Made by a program: the position numbers and the translations under genes
The notes under the pieces: model-generated
Told to the model about the DNA's origin: nothing
Databases searched by the model: none
The model's input: the letters and a program-made list of their open reading frames with translations, nothing else
NCBI GenBank assembly: GCA_013373175.1
Contig: JABXII010000023.1
Location: forward strand, 9,945-73,944
DNA length: 64,000 bases
Direction of reading: 5' to 3'
Source: Campylobacteraceae bacterium
Lineage (GTDB): Bacteria; Campylobacterota; Campylobacteria; Campylobacterales; Arcobacteraceae
Shown: piece by piece, positions 60,149 to 64,000 of the stretch
Layout: every line of letters begins with the position of its first letter
Numbering within the stretch: the stretch's first letter is position 1

Positions 60149-60835
60149 TTAAATTACTTTTTCTGGTATTTTAATAACGTACCCTTCTCTTTTTATAGTT
60201 TGAATCTCTAAGTCAGGTACTTTTTTTCTTAGTCTAAAAAGAAGTTGTCTTCTATTTTCATCACAAGTTATACTATCATGCCATAAAGCTAAATCAATAT
60301 GCTCATTTGAAACTATATGATTTTTATTCTGTATTAATATATGCAAAAATTGTTCTTCTTTTTTTGTAAGTTTTATATTTGTACTTCCTTTCATAAGAGT
60401 TCTATTTTTTGCATCATAAACATAGTTATTTGGAAGAGGTATCTCTTCTATTTTATCACTTAGTCCATATCTTAAAGACGCGAGTTTAACCTCTCTTAAA
60501 AGATGACTATCTAAATATGGTTTTACTATATAACCTGTGAAATCCACATTTGAAGCTTCTCTTAAAGTGTTGTCATCATGATATGAAGTTAGAAAAATAA
60601 CGGGAACATTGAAATTATTTTGTATTAATCTTGCAGTTTCAATACCATTAATCTCCCCTTTAATATTGATATCAGCAATAATAATATCAATTTCATTTTG
60701 GAACATTACTTCTAAAGCATTTTCACTTCTACTTGCAATGGCAACTACATGATAACCAGCCCACTCTAATGTTCTTTTCATTTTTTGTGCAGTTAAAATT
60801 GTATCTTCTATAATTAATATATTAATTTTTTTCAT
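60149..60835 (-). CDS. Response regulator with winged-helix output domain
   Basis: ILIIED, IIADINI, VIFLTS, YIVKP, LTKKEEQFL, QLLFRLRKK, IQTIKREGY. Confidence 0.92.
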   Translation of the reverse strand: MKKINILIIEDTILTAQKMKRTLEWAGYHVVAIASRSENALEVMFQNEIDIIIADINIKGEINGIETARLIQNNFNVPVIFLTSYHDDNTLREASNVDFTGYIVKPYLDSHLLREVKLASLRYGLSDKIEEIPLPNNYVYDAKNRTLMKGSTNIKLTKKEEQFLHILIQNKNHIVSNEHIDLALWHDSITCDENRRQLLFRLRKKVPDLEIQTIKREGYVIKIPEKVI

Positions 60836-60841
60836 AATAAC

Positions 60842-60878
60842 ATTTTATCACTTCTACGTTATATTCATCGTTATATTT
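60842..60878 (-). promoter_or_regulatory. RR promoter: TAACG direct repeat (12-bp period), 9 nt, TGaTAAAAT, 6 nt, ATG
   Basis: Minus strand AATATAACGATG AATATAACG TAGAAGTGA TAAAAT GTTATT ATG. Confidence 0.75.
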
Positions 60879-60925
60879 TAAAAAGATTACTTTTTTTATG
60901 ATAAACTCTTTAAAAAAAGAGTTTT

Positions 60926-62806
60926 ATGCGTATTTCTATTATTTTATTAGTTTTTTTATATATAAATTTACAAGCAAGTATTTTGGTCAATACACCAAAT
61001 AATATAGACCTTCTTCCCCACTCCAAAATATACCATGATATAGGCAATAAAGAAACTATAAACAGTATTTTTAAAAAAAATGATAAATTTATTACGACAA
61101 ATAAAAAAGTTATTGATTATTGTATTTTGGCTCCTGAAAGTGTATGGATAAAATTTAAACTTCATAATCCTACATCTTCCCATATAAAAAAGATAATTAG
61201 TTTTGAAAATATCTTTTTAGAAGAAATTGAGCTTTACAAAATAGAAAATCAGAAAATAGTATCTAAAAAAACTACTGGATTTTACCATCTAAAAAGTTTT
61301 GAAGGTACAGTCAAACTTAACGTTCCGGTAATTCTTAATCCAAATACTACACAAGATTATTATCTTCATGTAAAAAATGAAAAACTCTCTTTATGGTTTA
61401 AACCAATAATACATGATCCAAAAGAATTTAAAAAAGAAGACACAGCAAAGCAAGTAATTTGGGCACTTTTTTTTGGTGGAATATTGTCTCTTGTTTTATA
61501 TAATATTTTTCTATTTATTTTTACAAGAGATAAAATCTATTTGTATTACTTTCTATACCTTATTGCGACACTTATGCAAAGTGAGTTTTCTTCATATATA
61601 AGATTTTATTTTCTACCTATGGATGATATTGAATTTGTAAAAAAAAGCTTGTATTTTAATCTTTTTTATATAAATGTTTTTGTTACCTTTACTATGACTC
61701 TTTTTATTCGATATTTTTTAAATACAAAACTTTATCCTAAAATTGACTTATCATTGAAGTTAATCATTTTTATAATACCTATTTATTATATTTTACAAAC
61801 TTTTAATATCTTTACTATTCCACAGGTAATTCTTTTTCAGTTTCTTACTCCCTACTATTATTTTGGGATTGGGATTTATGCTCTTTATAAGAAAAACCCT
61901 CAAGCAAAATTCTTTTTACTAGGGTGGAGTTTTGCTCTTTTAGCATGGTTATCACTATTTTTTAAATTTTTGGGACTAATACCTGAAAAGTATGTATTTA
62001 CTTATACTTTTGAAACTCTTATTATGGCAGAGGTTATTTTATTTGCTATATCTTTAGCATATCGTATCAAAATATTAGAAAAGAAAAAAAATGATTTAAC
62101 AAAGTCACTTTTAATACAACAGCAAAATGAATCCAATCGTTTAGAAAAAATTGTAACTATCAGAACACAAGAGTTAAACAATGAATTAAAACAAAATGAA
62201 CTCTTACTAAAAGAACTACACCATAGAGTGAAAAATAATATGCAATTTATCACTTCCTTGTATGCACTAAAACTCAATGACAATGGGGATAAATATATCC
62301 AAGAAAAGCTTCATGATGTGGAAAGAAAGATTCATGCTATGAGTATAGTACATCAGATGCTTTATAATCAAAAGAACCTTGTAACTATAGATGCAAAAGA
62401 GTATTTTGAAAAAGTTTTACAAAACATAAAAGATAGCTTTGAACTTGAAAATATTACATTTGAACTTGATATAAACTCTTTTCTTGACACCGAAGAAGCT
62501 ATTTATTGTGGTCTTATTGTAAATGAGTTAGTTACAAATGCCATAAAACATGCTTTTGACTCAAAAGGAGGAATCATAAAAATCTCTCTAAATAGTGTAG
62601 ATAATGGAACATTATTAGAGGTTTCAGACAATGGTAGAGGGAAAAGTGCTAATACAAAAGCAAGCTTTGGGGAGATGATGGTCGAATCACTTGCAACTGA
62701 CCAATTAGAGGGGAAACTTCAAATAGTAGTTGATAAGGGTACACACATCTCTTTATGGTTTAAAAATAAAAACCAAAAAAGTAACGACGAAAGTAACGAT
62801 AGCTAA
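60926..62806 (+). CDS. 7TM-DISM sensor histidine kinase (HisKA_2/HWE-type)
   Basis: DISMED2-like extracellular domain, seven TM (YNIFLF...YLYYFLY), ELHHRVKNNMQ, NELVTNAIKHAF, SDNGRG. Confidence 0.92.
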   Translation: MRISIILLVFLYINLQASILVNTPNNIDLLPHSKIYHDIGNKETINSIFKKNDKFITTNKKVIDYCILAPESVWIKFKLHNPTSSHIKKIISFENIFLEEIELYKIENQKIVSKKTTGFYHLKSFEGTVKLNVPVILNPNTTQDYYLHVKNEKLSLWFKPIIHDPKEFKKEDTAKQVIWALFFGGILSLVLYNIFLFIFTRDKIYLYYFLYLIATLMQSEFSSYIRFYFLPMDDIEFVKKSLYFNLFYINVFVTFTMTLFIRYFLNTKLYPKIDLSLKLIIFIIPIYYILQTFNIFTIPQVILFQFLTPYYYFGIGIYALYKKNPQAKFFLLGWSFALLAWLSLFFKFLGLIPEKYVFTYTFETLIMAEVILFAISLAYRIKILEKKKNDLTKSLLIQQQNESNRLEKIVTIRTQELNNELKQNELLLKELHHRVKNNMQFITSLYALKLNDNGDKYIQEKLHDVERKIHAMSIVHQMLYNQKNLVTIDAKEYFEKVLQNIKDSFELENITFELDINSFLDTEEAIYCGLIVNELVTNAIKHAFDSKGGIIKISLNSVDNGTLLEVSDNGRGKSANTKASFGEMMVESLATDQLEGKLQIVVDKGTHISLWFKNKNQKSNDESNDS

Positions 62807-62813
62807 ATATAAT
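62778..62813 (+). promoter_or_regulatory. Adhesin promoter: TAACG direct repeat (12-bp period), 9 nt, TATAAT
   Basis: AAAGTAACGACG AAAGTAACG ATAGCTAAA TATAAT. Embedded in the final codons (SNDESNDS*) of the kinase. Confidence 0.75.
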
Positions 62814-62864
62814 ACTTGAATATAAGAAAGAAGAAGAAAGGTTCTTCTTATTCAAGGATATATC

Positions 62865-64000
62865 ATGAAATTAAATCACAACTATTCAAATAGATTCCGT
62901 ATTCTAAAAGGTGGAAAGATAAGCTTAGTAGTATCTGCTTTATTAGGAGGTATAACTCTAAGCTTTGCAGCTCCTAGTGGTGGAGTGGTAACTTCAGGGT
63001 CTGCTACTATTTCACAAAGTGGAAATACAACCAATATAAATCAATCCACCTCCAAAGCTAGTATAAACTGGAATAAGTTTAATATAGCCTCACATGAAAC
63101 AGTAAACTTCAATCAACCAAATGTAAATAGTATAACTCTAAACAGAGTAATAGGAAATGAAAGAAGTATTATAGATGGAGCACTTAATGCCAATGGTCAA
63201 GTTTGGATATTAAACTCAAACGGAGTACTCTTTGGTAAAAATGCAAGTATCAATACAAGTGGACTATTAGCTACAACTAAAGATATCTCAGATACTAACT
63301 TTCAAAAAGGAAACTATACTTTTAGTGGAGACTCAACGGAGTCTATTATCAATCAAGGTACTATAAAAGTTAAAAATAATGGTTATGTAATATTTGCTTC
63401 AAATGAAGCTAAAAATAGTGGAGTGATAGAAGCTATAAAAGGAAGAGTACAACTAACAGGAGCTGATGAATATACTATAAATCTAAATGGTAACTCTTTA
63501 ATAGATTTATCTGTAGATAAAGGAACCTTAGATGCTTTAGTTGAAAACTCTGGAACTATTCTTGCAGATGGTGGAGAAGTATATCTAACTACTCATGCAG
63601 TAGATGAACTTCTAAGAGGTGTAGTAAATAATACAGGTATCATAGAAGCAAATTCTTTAGATGGTATTTCAGGACATGTGGAACTATATGCCCATGGAGG
63701 AACTGCAAATATAGCTGGAACTATAAAAGCTAAAGGTGGGTTTGTAGAGACTTCAGGAAAAGAGCTAAGTGTAGCTTCTACAACTTTAGTAGAAGCTTCT
63801 AAATGGCTACTAGATCCTACAGATATTGTTATAGAATCAACAGGTGGAAGTGATATAACAGGAGCTAGTGTAAGTGCAACTGCTATAGAGTCTAACTTAG
63901 CCTCAACAGATATAGAACTTCTTGCAGATAATGATATTACTGTAAATGAAGATATCACTTGGGGTGAAGCTACAAAGCTTACTTTAACTGCAGGTAATGA
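62865..64000 (+). CDS. Filamentous-haemagglutinin-family (TpsA) exoprotein, 3'-truncated by window edge
   Basis: Manual translation from ATG 62865 (AAGGA SD): MKLNHNYSNRFRILKGGKISLVVSALL...APSGGVVTSGSATI...INWNKFNI...VNFNQP...LNRVIGNERSIIDGALNANGQVWILNSNGVLFGKNASIN. This is a TPS secretion domain. Open to the window end, so it is absent from the ORF track. Confidence 0.93.
   Translation, partial: MKLNHNYSNRFRILKGGKISLVVSALLGGITLSFAAPSGGVVTSGSATISQSGNTTNINQSTSKASINWNKFNIASHETVNFNQPNVNSITLNRVIGNERSIIDGALNANGQVWILNSNGVLFGKNASINTSGLLATTKDISDTNFQKGNYTFSGDSTESIINQGTIKVKNNGYVIFASNEAKNSGVIEAIKGRVQLTGADEYTINLNGNSLIDLSVDKGTLDALVENSGTILADGGEVYLTTHAVDELLRGVVNNTGIIEANSLDGISGHVELYAHGGTANIAGTIKAKGGFVETSGKELSVASTTLVEASKWLLDPTDIVIESTGGSDITGASVSATAIESNLASTDIELLADNDITVNEDITWGEATKLTLTAGN

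Overview
Very AT-rich chromosomal segment of a Campylobacterota bacterium, most consistent with Arcobacteraceae (flagellin termini, TGnTA[T/A]AAT promoters, htrA-RR-HK synteny, hrcA-grpE-dnaK order). About 57 CDS, 4 tRNAs (Leu-UAA twice, Cys-GCA, Ser-UGA) and one frameshifted KAP-family NTPase gene. No rRNA, CRISPR array, integrase or transposase was seen. The housekeeping backbone is ilvD, htrA, dtd, dsbD, psd, mltA, dnaK/grpE/hrcA, truA, lptF, uppS, coaBC, glmU, trmA, recA and eno, interleaved with many two-component genes. The most interesting part is the last 20 kb. (i) An 868-aa flagellin whose centre is built from about five copies of a ~63-aa beta-rich module (DNGDGTYTA), with an ANGGA-rich leader. 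(ii) A Maf-linked nonulosonate cassette pairing a Neu5Ac-type NeuB/NeuC/NeuA set with a WbuX/HisH/HisF acetamidino trio and a TylF methyltransferase, suggesting an unusual modified sialic acid on flagellin. (iii) A 7TM-DISM kinase/response regulator pair whose regulator gene and the adjacent TPS adhesin gene share the same promoter architecture (TAACG x2 at 12-bp period, 9 nt, -10 box). Other observations include a probable ATA start codon, three probable leaderless genes, a tandemly duplicated promoter, two CIRCE-like sites plus a HAIR-like site, a structured 91-nt element between grpE and dnaK, and a candidate sRNA. All family assignments come from motif recognition by eye; no database searches were run.
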